From an uncultured Gammaproteobacteria bacterium (GTDB taxonomy: Bacteria; Patescibacteriota; Patescibacteriia; 2-01-FULL-39-33), in assembly GCA_964361645.1 (NCBI GenBank), contig CAYIBK010000002.1, positions 1 to 60,715 on the forward strand: a stretch of DNA of 60,715 nt, given 5' to 3'. Every line of letters begins with the position of its first letter. Positions within the stretch are counted from its first letter, which is position 1. The notes under the pieces are model-generated. The model was not told the DNA's origin, did not search any database, and worked only from the letters and a program-made list of their open reading frames with translations. A program made the translations under genes and the position numbers. Below are positions 1 to 8,059 of the stretch, piece after piece.

Positions 1-1
1 T

Positions 2-94
2 AGTCAGATCGCCAATCATGTGATCGGCGAATTCCTGACTCGTGCTGCCGAAGCTATTTTTGGCGGTTTCGCCAAACTAATGAAACGCTACTAA
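2..94 (+). CDS. 3' end of an unidentified CDS entering the window (...GGFAKLMKRY*)
   Basis: Frame is open from the window edge to TAA at 92-94. It shares the visibly elevated G+C of 120-1370. Confidence 0.3.
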   Translation, partial: SQIANHVIGEFLTRAAEAIFGGFAKLMKRY

Positions 95-119
95 ACTAAC
101 TTCTCAAAGGAGAATCTTC

Positions 120-1370
120 ATGAACTGGCAGAAAATTGTGCTTTTCGCGTTTGCGTTGTCGATTGCGTTCACCTATGCTCCGATGATCACTCTGGTCGCC
201 GGAGGCATTATCCTCGCCATTTACAATCGCGAGGAGATCAAGAACTTGGCCGGCAAAAGCGTCAGCTTCGCCCAAGTCTTGTTTCTGGGATTTGCCATTG
301 CGGTGGCAGTCCAGGCGGTTCTAACCATTATCTTCGGCGCGAGCTTTGATTCACTGGTGCAAGCCGGCGGACTCTTTGCAGCTCTGAAGAACACGGATGC
401 CATTCAAGGCGCCGTGGCCAAAGAAGTGTTCGCGCTGATCATTGTGTTTTGCGCGACTTATTTGGTAGTGAGTTCACCCACACCTCAACGCTGGGTATTT
501 AAGTGGGCGATCGGCTTGTCGTTGATTGCTATTATGTTCCAATGTTGGAACAACTCCCTGTTGGTCGGCTCCAAAGATCGGCACACTATGCGTCTAGCCG
601 CGTTGCGCGAGGAAATTCTCGCCAATATGGACAGTCGTATTAAGGGCGTCAACTCATCGTTAAGCCACGACACCGTGCTCAACGAGCACAGTGCCGAAAT
701 GCCGGCTTTCTACTACGCTACTTCAGACGCTTATCTCTATTCGCAAGAGGGAGATGGTGTCAAGCGTGGCGAACAAGTGGCAGTCGGTAGTCGTTGGTTT
801 CATCTAATGGACGGTGAGACGATCATCGACAAAGCGACAGGCGTCGTTTACGAGCCTGTTGCTAGTTACGACGATGAGACCAAGCATGGTTGGCTGCGGG
901 TGGACGCGATGAGCAAATCGCCAACGGCTAAAAAAGCTGTGGCGGTTTCTGCTCCTACACCTATAGTCGCTACTCCAACATCGTCGCCCGTAATCCAAAA
1001 GCCGGTTGTCACTCTGCTTAAGGCAACTAAAGCAGAAACAGTGGCATTGGTTCAGGAGCAGGCAGTGGAAAAGAGTGGCAACCAAATTACAGTGAAAACT
1101 GGAGAATGGGTTGCTACCGGTTTTGCTCCTCATGATGATGTCCGTATTGAATTAGGGAGATTTGAAACCATCGAAGACGTTTCTAGATTAGAGGCGAGAA
1201 TCGCTGGCGGTTTTATACCCAGCGATTTAAATCCCAAGCAAACCGACGATGGTCGTTGGTGCGCGGTACTAAATTTCGCGACTGGTGGTAGCAATCTCGC
1301 TCGTCACCAAATTGAATTAAGACTCAAGTACGGACTGCCGCTTAACGTGGTTGTCCAAAAAATCATGTAG
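120..1370 (+). CDS. hypothetical membrane protein (multi-TM N-terminal third, soluble C-terminal part)
   Basis: 416-aa ORF with AAGGAG upstream of the ATG. Several hydrophobic helices lie in the first ~160 aa, followed by an Ala/Pro/Thr/Val linker. No family recognised. G+C is visibly higher than the rest of the window. Confidence 0.6.
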   Translation: MNWQKIVLFAFALSIAFTYAPMITLVAGGIILAIYNREEIKNLAGKSVSFAQVLFLGFAIAVAVQAVLTIIFGASFDSLVQAGGLFAALKNTDAIQGAVAKEVFALIIVFCATYLVVSSPTPQRWVFKWAIGLSLIAIMFQCWNNSLLVGSKDRHTMRLAALREEILANMDSRIKGVNSSLSHDTVLNEHSAEMPAFYYATSDAYLYSQEGDGVKRGEQVAVGSRWFHLMDGETIIDKATGVVYEPVASYDDETKHGWLRVDAMSKSPTAKKAVAVSAPTPIVATPTSSPVIQKPVVTLLKATKAETVALVQEQAVEKSGNQITVKTGEWVATGFAPHDDVRIELGRFETIEDVSRLEARIAGGFIPSDLNPKQTDDGRWCAVLNFATGGSNLARHQIELRLKYGLPLNVVVQKIM

Positions 1371-1402
1371 TTCTTTCGGCCCACAAGGGCCACAACAAAT
1401 TA

Positions 1403-1436
1403 AAGGTCACCCCTCAAAAGGTGGCCTTATTTTTTT
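1403..1436 (+). terminator. rho-independent terminator after 120-1370
   Basis: Stem aaggtcacc / ggtggcctt followed by a T-run. Confidence 0.6.
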
Positions 1437-1449
1437 GTTTTAATTATTT

Positions 1450-1617
1450 GTCATTGCGAAGAATGAAGCAATCCCACTTGTATTTCACTTCAGATTGCTT
1501 CACTTGCTTGAGCTCCCTCGCAATGACAGGTGGCGTCATTGCGACCCCGCACTTGATGCGGGGGAAGCAATCTCATAACTCTAGATGTCATTGCGAAGAA
1601 TGAAGCAATCTCATAGG
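1450..1617. repeat. cluster of four miniature palindromic repeat units (family A: GTCATTGCGA...GAAGCAATC)
   Basis: Units at 1450-1476, 1492-1529 (inverted), 1536-1576 and 1587-1617. The same family occurs at 19776-19883 and 33259-33372. The 1421-1603 ORF is an artefact of these repeats. Confidence 0.8.
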
Positions 1618-1787
1618 ATAATATACGAGATTATTAATATTATCTTAAGTTTATTAAGTACCGCTTACTACGATGATTATTATTGACAACTAACAGGATA
1701 TTTGCTAAGATATTTAGTTGTACATTTAATAATCAAAACCAACCTTTATTAGGTTGATAACAAGACCAAGAAAGGACCAAGAAAATA

Positions 1788-2591
1788 ATGTCTCGTAACA
1801 GCATTGATCCTTATATAGGTATCACCGATTTTACCGATAAATCACAAGTAGAAGCTATGCTGGCTGTTTTAAAAAGAGTCAGCAGTAAACATCTAATCAG
1901 AAAATTGGGCGTGGGCGTGATGATGAGCCGTAAAACCTTAAATGGTTTGCCCTCGCGTTTTAGTGAAGTGTTTCCTGCTAAGGAAAAAATTGCCGATATA
2001 TTTGTTGATGATCCACTAGCTTACAATGTTTTGCATTACGCCGATTATGAAGGCATTGATGTTTTGGAAAATTTAACCAAAGCAGTCAAATGGGGCGGTC
2101 CTAATTTGCACGCTATCCAACTTGATATGATTTGGCCTGACTGTATGAGTATTTTGAAATTCAAGTGGGGAGGGCAGTCACAGATTGATTTGATTCTACA
2201 AATAAATCCCTCAGCCATGAAGCAGGTTAATTATGAGACAAGATGTTTGGCTGATTCTCTAGATGTTTATCATGAAGAACTCTCCGCTGTTTTATTGGAT
2301 ATGAGCATGGGGCAGGGCAAACCAATGTCTTGGCTTGATCTTCTGCCTCATTTGGCCTATCTCAATCAAAGAAATCCGGGCCTAGGATTGGCGGTAGCCG
2401 GAGGACTTGGGCCCGATTCCTTGAACTTAGTGAAGCCATTGGTTGATTGCTTTGTGCCGGAAATCAGCATTGATGCACAAGGCAAATTAAGACCAAGTGG
2501 CAGTTATTTGGATCCAATTGATTGGCAGATGGCCGAAGAATATCTTGTTCGAGCAATGGAAATTTTTCAAAGAAGGCTACATCAAATCTAA
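1788..2591 (+). CDS. TIM-barrel-like protein with a phosphoribosylanthranilate isomerase (TrpF)-like motif pattern
   Basis: 267-aa ORF. It has N-terminal IGITDF, central AIQLD and C-terminal AVAGGLGPDS...ISIDAQGKLR, which resemble the CGIT / QLHG / AGGL...DvsSG pattern of PRAI. Assignment is from memory of motifs only. Confidence 0.5.
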   Translation: MSRNSIDPYIGITDFTDKSQVEAMLAVLKRVSSKHLIRKLGVGVMMSRKTLNGLPSRFSEVFPAKEKIADIFVDDPLAYNVLHYADYEGIDVLENLTKAVKWGGPNLHAIQLDMIWPDCMSILKFKWGGQSQIDLILQINPSAMKQVNYETRCLADSLDVYHEELSAVLLDMSMGQGKPMSWLDLLPHLAYLNQRNPGLGLAVAGGLGPDSLNLVKPLVDCFVPEISIDAQGKLRPSGSYLDPIDWQMAEEYLVRAMEIFQRRLHQI

Positions 2592-2604
2592 AAGGAAAAA
2601 AGAA

Positions 2605-3099
2605 GTGCTAGCAATCGGTTTGTTTGGGACTTGTGGAAAAAGTAAATGGCGTGATCAATTTATGAAAAGGTATCGTGAACTGGGCATTGATTTTTTCAAT
2701 CCCCAAGTTGACGATTGGCAACCAGAAATGGCAGTAGAAGAAGCTAATCATTTAGCTGAAGATGCTGTGATCTTGTTTCCGGTAACCGGAGAGACTTATG
2801 CCTCCGGCTCGTTGGCAGAAGTGGGTTTTTCTATTCTTAATGCCATCAAACTTGATGATCGTCGCGATTTTGTGATTATGATCGAGATGCAACTTGATGA
2901 ATCTTTGGACAATACGGACATGCGCAAAGAATCTCTTCGTTCCAGAGCTTTGGTAGTTCAGCATTTGAAAAAATTGCGACTGACCAATGTCTACATTGTT
3001 GATACTCTAGAGCAAATGTTAGAAATTAGCCTTGAACTTTATGAAGCGGCCGCAATCAGAGAACCACTTCGTGATTTCAATCCGCAAAATAAAGTCTGA
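2605..3099 (+). CDS. nucleoside 2-deoxyribosyltransferase-like protein
   Basis: LAIGLFGTCGKSKWRDQF...FFNPQVDDW...VILFPVTGETYASGSLAEVGF is typical of this Rossmann-like family. The ORF-track start (2497) overlaps the upstream gene. An in-frame GTG at 2605, preceded by aaaggaaaaaag, is preferred. Confidence 0.6.
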   Translation: MLAIGLFGTCGKSKWRDQFMKRYRELGIDFFNPQVDDWQPEMAVEEANHLAEDAVILFPVTGETYASGSLAEVGFSILNAIKLDDRRDFVIMIEMQLDESLDNTDMRKESLRSRALVVQHLKKLRLTNVYIVDTLEQMLEISLELYEAAAIREPLRDFNPQNKV

Positions 3100-3188
3100 T
3101 CTTTTAATAACAAAATAACAAAACAAAAAAACAACACTCCCACCTAATGGCGGGAGTTTTTTAATTGTTGTTATTTTATAGCTTAAGA

Positions 3189-3443
3189 CTAGTCCTTGAT
3201 TTTATTAAATAGTAGCGCAAACAAACCAACTGCCAAAAAAGCAACTATATTCCAGATAATCAAGCCACTAATAAAAGTGGTTATAGTTATTATACTTTGC
3301 CCCAAAGCAACATCAGAATGCAGGGCATAGCGCATGAAAATTTCTCGTGAGGTTGGAAATAAAGCCACACCAGCGAAGCAGACGATATAAACAATACTAG
3401 TCCAAGCACCAGTAGCTTTAAGGAGATGTTTAGTATTTATCAT
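3189..3443 (-). CDS. small membrane protein (3 predicted TM segments), unknown function
   Basis: 84-aa hydrophobic ORF. Confidence 0.5.
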   Translation of the reverse strand: MINTKHLLKATGAWTSIVYIVCFAGVALFPTSREIFMRYALHSDVALGQSIITITTFISGLIIWNIVAFLAVGLFALLFNKIKD

Positions 3444-3452
3444 AAATGTTTC

Positions 3453-3587
3453 TTATTTTTTATTAATATATTTCCACAAAGCGGCAATACCTAAAATTAG
3501 CAAAACCACGATTAAAATATAAGTCACCCAGGCAAAAAGCATCATACTGCTTCCGCCCACGCCACTCATTAAGCTGTAATTCATCAT
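3453..3587 (-). CDS. 44-aa hydrophobic mini-protein (MMNYSLMSGVGGSSMMLFAWVTYILIVVLLILGIAALWKYINKK)
   Basis: Not in the ORF track (<60 aa). Strong GGAGGGGG Shine-Dalgarno about 8 nt upstream of the ATG. Single TM helix. Sits directly upstream of 3189-3443 on the same strand. Confidence 0.4.
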   Translation of the reverse strand: MMNYSLMSGVGGSSMMLFAWVTYILIVVLLILGIAALWKYINKK

Positions 3588-3944
3588 ATTCTTTCACCCC
3601 CTCCTTAATTTATTTAGTAACTGCCTCCATTTTTATTTTATAGCGCTCGGCGCATTTCTCGCAATATTGCAGTTGGTTTATTTTTTGGGTTTTTTTGGTA
3701 ACCTCAAACAACTTGTGGGATTCCGCTCCACAATTTTGGCAATATCTGGGCTCACCGGTTATAAATTTATTTTTTTTATCCTTTTTGATGTATTTGTCTT
3801 AAATAGGTTAAATTTATTCTCTCAATATCATTAATATGATTTTTAATAGATCAATTTAATATTATCATAAAATGTTATAAAAGTCAATAAAAATAACAAA
3901 AAAATCATCTTATTTAAAGACGATTTTTATTGAATACACCTTGT

Positions 3945-4445
3945 TTATTGAGTAATAACATTAATATCTTTGGGTAGACTTTCTAAAATAATGCCCAGAT
4001 CAAGTTTAGAATAATCATTGCCCGCCAGATTTAGGGTTTTTAAATTTTTAAGGTTGCCCAGCTCATAAGGCAAGCCGGTTAATTTATTATTGGATAGATT
4101 GAGTGTTTGCAAATTGGACAGTTGGCCCATTTCTGCCGGTATGCCAGTCATGAGGTTGTTGCTTAGATTCAGTATTTTTAATTTTTTTAGACTCTTTATT
4201 TCGGCTGGCAGGGCGCCGGAAAGTTGGTTATTGGATAAATCAAGTTCTTCTAAATCATTAAGATTTAAAACATAAGAAGGCAATTTGTTTAATTGCTTAT
4301 TGCTTAAATTAAGTTTACTGGTTATTACCTCGGATTCTTGGCTATCTTGGTTGCTAGAAGGTTGGTCGTATTGGGTGTTGATTATCTTACAGCCCGAGAG
4401 TAATAAAGGAGCAATAATGGCTATGGTTAAAGTAATTATTTTCAT
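3945..4445 (-). CDS. leucine-rich-repeat lipoprotein
   Basis: Signal peptide with lipobox LLLSGC. About five tandem LxxLxLxxNxL repeats (LEELDLSNNQLSG, LKILNLSNNLMTG, LQTLNLSNNKLTG, LKTLNLAGN). Confidence 0.85.
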   Translation of the reverse strand: MKIITLTIAIIAPLLLSGCKIINTQYDQPSSNQDSQESEVITSKLNLSNKQLNKLPSYVLNLNDLEELDLSNNQLSGALPAEIKSLKKLKILNLSNNLMTGIPAEMGQLSNLQTLNLSNNKLTGLPYELGNLKNLKTLNLAGNDYSKLDLGIILESLPKDINVITQ

Positions 4446-4495
4446 ATGTTTAGTTAGTTAATATTATTATGTTATTATAACAGAAAATAATTATT

Positions 4496-5197
4496 TTACG
4501 ATATGGGCGTATCAATAAGCAAAAGTTTTGTATTTTCGTTTACTTCCAGCTGTATATTATTCGTATCTTCAATTTCAATGGAATCCCTTTTATTTAAAAT
4601 TTCATTTTCAATTTTAGCCGATCCTTCAATCACCAGTATGAAAGCGCCTCTTGGGGGGCTAGTTTCAAATGACAGTTTGATGGCTTGATTAAAATCACTC
4701 AGCCAGATAGAGGCGTCTTGATAGATAAATAAAGTATCTGGGTTTTTATCACCCGCTACTATTTTTACCAGTTTATTTTTTTCTAGATTAAAGGTTTTAG
4801 TTTTGTGTCTTGGTTCTACATTTTCTTGGCTAGTTTCAATCCAAATTTGAAAAAGTTTAAGATCTTTGGTTTTTGAATGATTATATTCAGAATGTTGGAT
4901 TCCAGAGCCCGCTGACATCACTTGAATTTGGCCAGGGGCAATAACTTCTTCTGAGCCAGTACTGTCTTTGTGGGCTAGCTCGCCAGAAAGGGGGATGGTG
5001 ATTATTTCCATATTATCGTGGGGGTGGGTGTCAAAGCCGGCACCCGGAGCAATAATGTCATCATTTAAGACACGAATTTTTCCAAAGCCCATGCGAGCAG
5101 GATTGTAGTAATCGGCAAAACTAAAACTATATTTGGTTTTGAGCCAATCATAATTAGCCCCACCCCTTTCATTAGCTAAATGAATATTTTTATTCAT
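4496..5197 (-). CDS. pirin-family cupin protein
   Basis: GFDTHPHDNMEIITIPLSGELAHKDSTG and the SAGSGIQHSEYN motifs are characteristic of pirin/YhhW. Confidence 0.85.
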   Translation of the reverse strand: MNKNIHLANERGGANYDWLKTKYSFSFADYYNPARMGFGKIRVLNDDIIAPGAGFDTHPHDNMEIITIPLSGELAHKDSTGSEEVIAPGQIQVMSAGSGIQHSEYNHSKTKDLKLFQIWIETSQENVEPRHKTKTFNLEKNKLVKIVAGDKNPDTLFIYQDASIWLSDFNQAIKLSFETSPPRGAFILVIEGSAKIENEILNKRDSIEIEDTNNIQLEVNENTKLLLIDTPIS

Positions 5198-5365
5198 TAT
5201 TGTTTATAATGTTGCTTCTAATTTAGCAATTGTTGGCTGTTCAATTTTTTTAAACTTTTCCATATGTTATAATCATACAAAAAAATAATCTCTTTAGCAA
5301 TTTTTAATTTTTAGTAGTATAATATTTAATATTGATTAAGCTTATAAATTTATTAATGTAAAAAT

Positions 5366-5998
5366 ATGGACATTAGAAACACCCCCAAACAACATATAAT
5401 AGTGGGCGTTTTCTCTTTGGGTTTGGTGGCAGTTTTTAATTTATTACTTCAAATTCAATGGTCAACTGCTTTTGCTCGAGCTTCATATATACTCTTGTTT
5501 TTGGTGATGATTATTGGACCACTGATGCGTTTTAAAAAGCCAACAGATAGTGGCTCACCATTAATTGTGCCCTGGAGTTGGCGTGGCGAGTTAGGTATTT
5601 GGTTTACTCTAATGGGCTTAGCTCATTTTATATTTGTTTTAACTGAAAGGCCATTCAATAGCTTAATCAGAATTGGTGGGTCTGGTTTTGGTTTAGCTAA
5701 TTTACTTGGGTTGGTGGCTTTAATCTGGGCCACAGCTTTAATGATTACCTCTCTTAATAGGGTTATAATGTACTTGGGTATTATGTCATGGAAATGGTTG
5801 CATAGCTTTACTAATGTGGTTTTCTATTTGGTTTCAGCACATTTTATTTACTTTCAGTTTTTTTCTACCTACGGCAATATTGGTCCGGATTGGTTTGGGT
5901 ATATGGCAGTCACTATGGCGGGGATAGTGATTATTCTTCAATTATCAGCCTTTACTTTATCGGTTAAAAAATATAGAAGTGAAGCAATAAAGAAATAA
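5366..5998 (+). CDS. polytopic membrane protein, unknown function
   Basis: 210-aa ORF with about 6 hydrophobic helices. No motif confidently recognised. Confidence 0.55.
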   Translation: MDIRNTPKQHIIVGVFSLGLVAVFNLLLQIQWSTAFARASYILLFLVMIIGPLMRFKKPTDSGSPLIVPWSWRGELGIWFTLMGLAHFIFVLTERPFNSLIRIGGSGFGLANLLGLVALIWATALMITSLNRVIMYLGIMSWKWLHSFTNVVFYLVSAHFIYFQFFSTYGNIGPDWFGYMAVTMAGIVIILQLSAFTLSVKKYRSEAIKK

Positions 5999-6072
5999 AT
6001 TTTAGATTTTTATTAAATCAAAAACAATTTATGGTATTTTTATTTATGTGTGGGCCAGTAGACTAGAGCATA

Positions 6073-6465
6073 ATGTTTTTTGTGGAAAATAATGGGGAGT
6101 TATTAAGCGACCAAGAATTTTTAGAGCAAAAAAGAGAAACCCTTAAAGATATGGAAGCTATCAGAGAAAAAATGGGCGATATAGACCAACATAATCAAAA
6201 CTGGTTTAATAGATGTGTTGATTATGTGGAATTTATCAAAAATTTGAATTTAAAATTTGAAAATGGCTCGCCAGAGGTAAAAAGAGAGATTTTTCAATTC
6301 GTTCACTATAACCCGAATATAACAGCTAAAGTATTGGCAAATAACGAGGTTTTACCTCATAAATTTGTTGTTGAATACAATAACCGTAAGCGTGCCACTA
6401 TAACCGTATTTAACCCTTTAAAATCAAAACAAAAAGACGCTTACGCGCCTTTAAGTTTCTTAATG
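6073..6465 (+). pseudogene. possible C-terminal remnant of a large serine recombinase/integrase
   Basis: It has coiled-coil-like EFLEQKRETLKDMEAIREKMG and a tail ...FENGSPEVKREIFQFV..NPNI, resembling the C-terminal tails of large serine recombinases (from memory). No catalytic N-terminal domain is present. The ORF reads through into the tRNA-Asp gene on the other strand. Confidence 0.35.
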
Positions 6466-6539
6466 CGGAGACGAAGGGACTTGAACCCTCGGCCTCTTCC
6501 GTGACAGGGAAGCGCTCTAACCAGCTGAGCTACGTCTCC
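6466..6539 (-). tRNA. tRNA-Asp (GTC)
   Basis: GGAGACGTAGCTCAGCTGGTTAGAGCGCTTCCCTGTCACGGAAGAGGCCGAGGGTTCAAGTCCCTTCGTCTCCG. Cloverleaf is canonical with discriminator G. CCA is not encoded. Confidence 0.9.
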
Positions 6540-6570
6540 AGATTTTAAATTGCGTTTTAAATCAATGTTT

Positions 6571-6692
6571 TTATTCGACCTTACGGTCGAAGTGCTCTAA
6601 CCAACTGCCCGTTTCGCGTCGGCGCTAGCCGAGGCGGAAGCCCTGCCCGCCATTGGCTACGCCTCAGGCGTTGGCAGGCGGGTACGTCTCCA
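6571..6692 (-). pseudogene. interrupted tRNA 5'-half pseudo-copy with a GC-rich ~75-nt insertion
   Basis: TGGAGACGTA is identical to the 5' end of tRNA-Asp and is followed by a GC-rich insert. Next come GCAGTTGGTTAGAGCAC (D-arm-like) and a TTCGAC-CGTAAG-GTCGAA hairpin. There is no T-arm or 3' acceptor strand. Confidence 0.4.
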
Positions 6693-6729
6693 GAAACCGC
6701 CTTTGAGGCGGTTTTATTTTTTGAGAAAG

Positions 6730-7074
6730 TTATTTTACTTTGGCCACAATTTTAGCAAACACACTTGGCTCTTTTCTGGCTAATTCTGATAAAACTTTTC
6801 TATCTAATTCAATTTTAGCTTTTTTAAGTCCGCCTATGAATTTACTATAAGAGATCCCATGTTCTCTAACGGCGGCATTAAGTTGAATTTGCCACAAACC
6901 TCTCATGGTTCTTTTTTTGGCTCTTCTGTCTCTAAAAGCGTAAGCATCAGCTTTAGTGACAGCGGTTTGGGCAATTTTGATTAATTTTTTTCTACCCCAT
7001 TTAAATCCCTTGGCTCTTTTTAAAATATTTCTTCGGCTTTTGGTGTGCATCACACCTCTTTTTACTCTCGGCAT
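6730..7074 (-). CDS. rplT: 50S ribosomal protein L20
   Basis: MPRVKRGVMHTKSRRNILKRAKGF..., classical L20 N-terminus. Gene order is infC-rpmI-rplT. Confidence 0.97.
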   Translation of the reverse strand: MPRVKRGVMHTKSRRNILKRAKGFKWGRKKLIKIAQTAVTKADAYAFRDRRAKKRTMRGLWQIQLNAAVREHGISYSKFIGGLKKAKIELDRKVLSELARKEPSVFAKIVAKVK

Positions 7075-7085
7075 ATGAAATTTAG

Positions 7086-7186
7086 TTATAAAGTTATTAA
7101 AGTATAAAGTTATAAAGTTGATTTGATTAAAATTTATAAAATTAATAAAAAACTTTTAACTTTATAAACTTTCAAACTTTTAACTT
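7086..7186. repeat. AT-only imperfect palindrome built from AAAGTT / AACTTT units (rplT-rpmI spacer)
   Basis: Left arm is ttataaagttattaaagtataaagttataaagtt; right arm is aacttttaactttataaactttcaaacttttaactt. Confidence 0.7.
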
Positions 7187-7382
7187 AACTATAAGGCATC
7201 AATTTCTTGATGTTCTTCTGGTCGGCTTTAGCGATTTGCGCGTCTCTTCTCTTGTTGCGCTTTACTCTTCCAGATTCTCTAGCATTGAAATGGTCTTGTC
7301 CGCCGGTTCTTTTCAGAACCTTGCCTTTTTTGGTTATTTTAAACCTTTTGGCGACGGCTTGTTTAGTTTTCATTTTTGGCAT
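7185..7382 (-). CDS. rpmI: 50S ribosomal protein L35
   Basis: MPKMKTKQAVAKRFKITKKGKVLKR, classical L35. Confidence 0.95.
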   Translation of the reverse strand: MPKMKTKQAVAKRFKITKKGKVLKRTGGQDHFNARESGRVKRNKRRDAQIAKADQKNIKKLMPYS

Positions 7383-7389
7383 AATCTTT

Positions 7390-7480
7390 AAGATTTCAGA
7401 TTTTAGATTTAAGATTTCAGATTTTTATTTTTCTGTAAAATACAACTTTAATCTGTAATTTGAAATTTGGAATCTGTAAT
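7390..7480. repeat. AT-rich imperfect palindrome built from AGATTT(C/T)AGATT / AATCTG units (rpmI-infC spacer)
   Basis: aagatttcagattttagatttaagatttcagattt faces aatctgtaatttgaaatttggaatctgtaat. Confidence 0.65.
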
Positions 7481-7498
7481 TATTATTTAATATTATTT

Positions 7499-8059
7499 TT
7501 ATAAAGTTAATATGGCTGATAATTTACTGCCTAGTTTTTTAATATCTTGTTCCAGCTTCATTTCCTTGCCGGTTAATTTTCCTCTAGTTCTTACAATCAT
7601 CTTATTGATTATTTCCTTGGCTAAATCAACATGCTGGTGCTCTCTGCCCCTAAGTTGCAGTTCAATTCTTACTTTATTGCCATCAGTTAAAAATTTTACC
7701 GCTTGGTCCACTCGCAAATCCAAATCATGATCACTAATACGGCTAGAAGTTTTTATGGTTTTTAACTCTGATACTTTTTGTCTGGCCTTGTGTTTTCTTT
7801 CCTGTTTTTCTTTTTGATATTTATAACTGCCGTAATTCATTATTTTGCAAATAGGCGGATCAACTAAAGGGGACACCTCCACCAAATCCAAATCTCGGGA
7901 TTTGGCAATTTCCAAAGCTTCATATTTGGAGATGATGCCCAAGTTTTGTCCGTTTTCGTCTATAACGACTAATTTTGGTGCAAAAATTTTCTCATTAATC
8001 TTGAGTTCTTTAATAGTGCTTGGCGTTTGCTGCCGACTACCTCTAAATGATCTTCGCAT
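7499..8059 (-). CDS. infC: translation initiation factor IF-3
   Basis: INEKIFAPKLVVIDENGQNLG...LDLVEVSP...PPICKIMNYGSYKYQ, typical IF-3 N- and C-domains. Confidence 0.95.
   Translation of the reverse strand: MRRSFRGSRQQTPSTIKELKINEKIFAPKLVVIDENGQNLGIISKYEALEIAKSRDLDLVEVSPLVDPPICKIMNYGSYKYQKEKQERKHKARQKVSELKTIKTSSRISDHDLDLRVDQAVKFLTDGNKVRIELQLRGREHQHVDLAKEIINKMIVRTRGKLTGKEMKLEQDIKKLGSKLSAILTL

Noticed and set aside
1421-1603. 60-aa ORF in the track (MALFFCFNYLSLRRMKQSH...)
   Set aside because: It is encoded entirely by family A miniature repeats in both orientations, with no RBS. It is a repeat-derived artefact. The same applies to 33243-33530 (-).
2497-2604. N-terminal extension of the deoxyribosyltransferase-like ORF, overlapping the upstream gene by ~95 nt
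   Set aside because: The extension lies in a different frame over the 3' end of 1788-2591 and has no RBS. The in-frame GTG at 2605, with an A/G-rich site upstream and the conserved fold starting right after it, is more plausible.
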